From assembly GCA_035935115.1 (NCBI GenBank), contig DASYXK010000001.1:1-24000 (forward strand): a DNA stretch of 24,000 nt. Direction: 5' to 3'. Positions 23,806 through 24,000 of the stretch are shown here, one piece after another. This stretch comes from Nitrosopumilaceae archaeon (GTDB lineage: Archaea; Thermoproteota; Nitrososphaeria; Nitrososphaerales; Nitrosopumilaceae). Under the pieces are notes generated by a model, which did not search any database, was not told where the DNA came from, and worked only from the letters and a program-made list of their open reading frames with translations. The number at the start of each line of letters is the position of its first letter. Position 1 is the stretch's first letter. Position numbers and translations under genes: made by a program.

Positions 23806-24000
23806 TTAAATTCTGATACTGGGATTTTCTTTCTTAAGTTTTTCCCAGTCAGCTAAAAAGTTCTTTAGGCCAACATCAGTTAGCGGATGTTTAAGCATCT
23901 TGCCAAGTACATCAGGCGGTAGTGTTACAACGTCAGCCCCAATCTTTGCAGCATCAACAACATGCATTGGATGTCTAATACTTGCAACCAAAATTTGTGT
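23806..24000 (-). CDS. Transaldolase / fructose-6-phosphate aldolase family protein, C-terminal fragment (the N-terminus lies beyond the window)
   Basis: The frame stays open to position 24000 ([52 protein letters not shown]). This is the typical C-terminal block of short TalC/Fsa-type transaldolases. Confidence 0.85.
   Translation of the reverse strand, partial: TQILVASIRHPMHVVDAAKIGADVVTLPPDVLGKMLKHPLTDVGLKNFLADWEKLKKENPSIRI

Noticed and set aside
1-24000. Searched for CRISPR repeats, tRNA- or rRNA-like GC-rich blocks, inverted terminal repeats, and integrase or transposase genes.
   Set aside because: None found by eye. The only GC-rich non-coding elements are the amoC hairpin (3911-3924) and the island at 18771-18850, and both are reported separately.

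Overview
AT-rich chromosomal segment that reads as an ammonia-oxidising thaumarchaeon (Nitrosopumilus-like, marine group I.1a). All calls come from hand inspection of the ORF track and sequence; no searches were run.

Gene content, left to right:
- A PAS sensor, open at the window edge (1-867).
- A two-gene islet: a Dam-family DNA methyltransferase plus an AbiTii-like protein (1005-2526).
- The ammonia monooxygenase cluster: amoA-amoX-amoC on the minus strand and amoB divergent (2675-5338).
- Small membrane ORFs and a membrane-anchored beta-sandwich protein (5445-7049).
- An Amt ammonium transporter (7195-8700).
- A ~3.3 kb block of orphan genes ending in a solo Cas4-like Fe-S nuclease homologue (8892-12095).
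- A PII signal protein (12240-12584) and small secreted or membrane proteins.
- A tightly coupled information-processing operon: S15, RecJ/Cdc45-like, Pcc1, SerRS. It is followed by S3Ae, a COG1931/DUF54 protein and a miniature Pop5.
- A geranylgeranyl-reductase-family flavoprotein.
- A CbbQ/NorQ-type AAA+ ATPase, a VWA protein and an ASCH protein.
- A transaldolase fragment at the right edge.

I found no rRNA, tRNA, CRISPR array, transposase or integrase.

Most notable observations:
1. An ~87-nt promoter-plus-start-codon module occurs twice, upstream of amt and upstream of the Cas4-like gene next to PII. The two copies bracket the orphan-gene block.
2. The Dam/AbiTii-like pair abuts amoA.
3. 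A 62% GC island in an AT-rich spacer has C/D-box sRNA-like geometry.
4. A QD-type AAA+/VWA/ASCH module has no obvious client.
5. Small transmembrane ORFs next to amoB could be the accessory AMO subunits.
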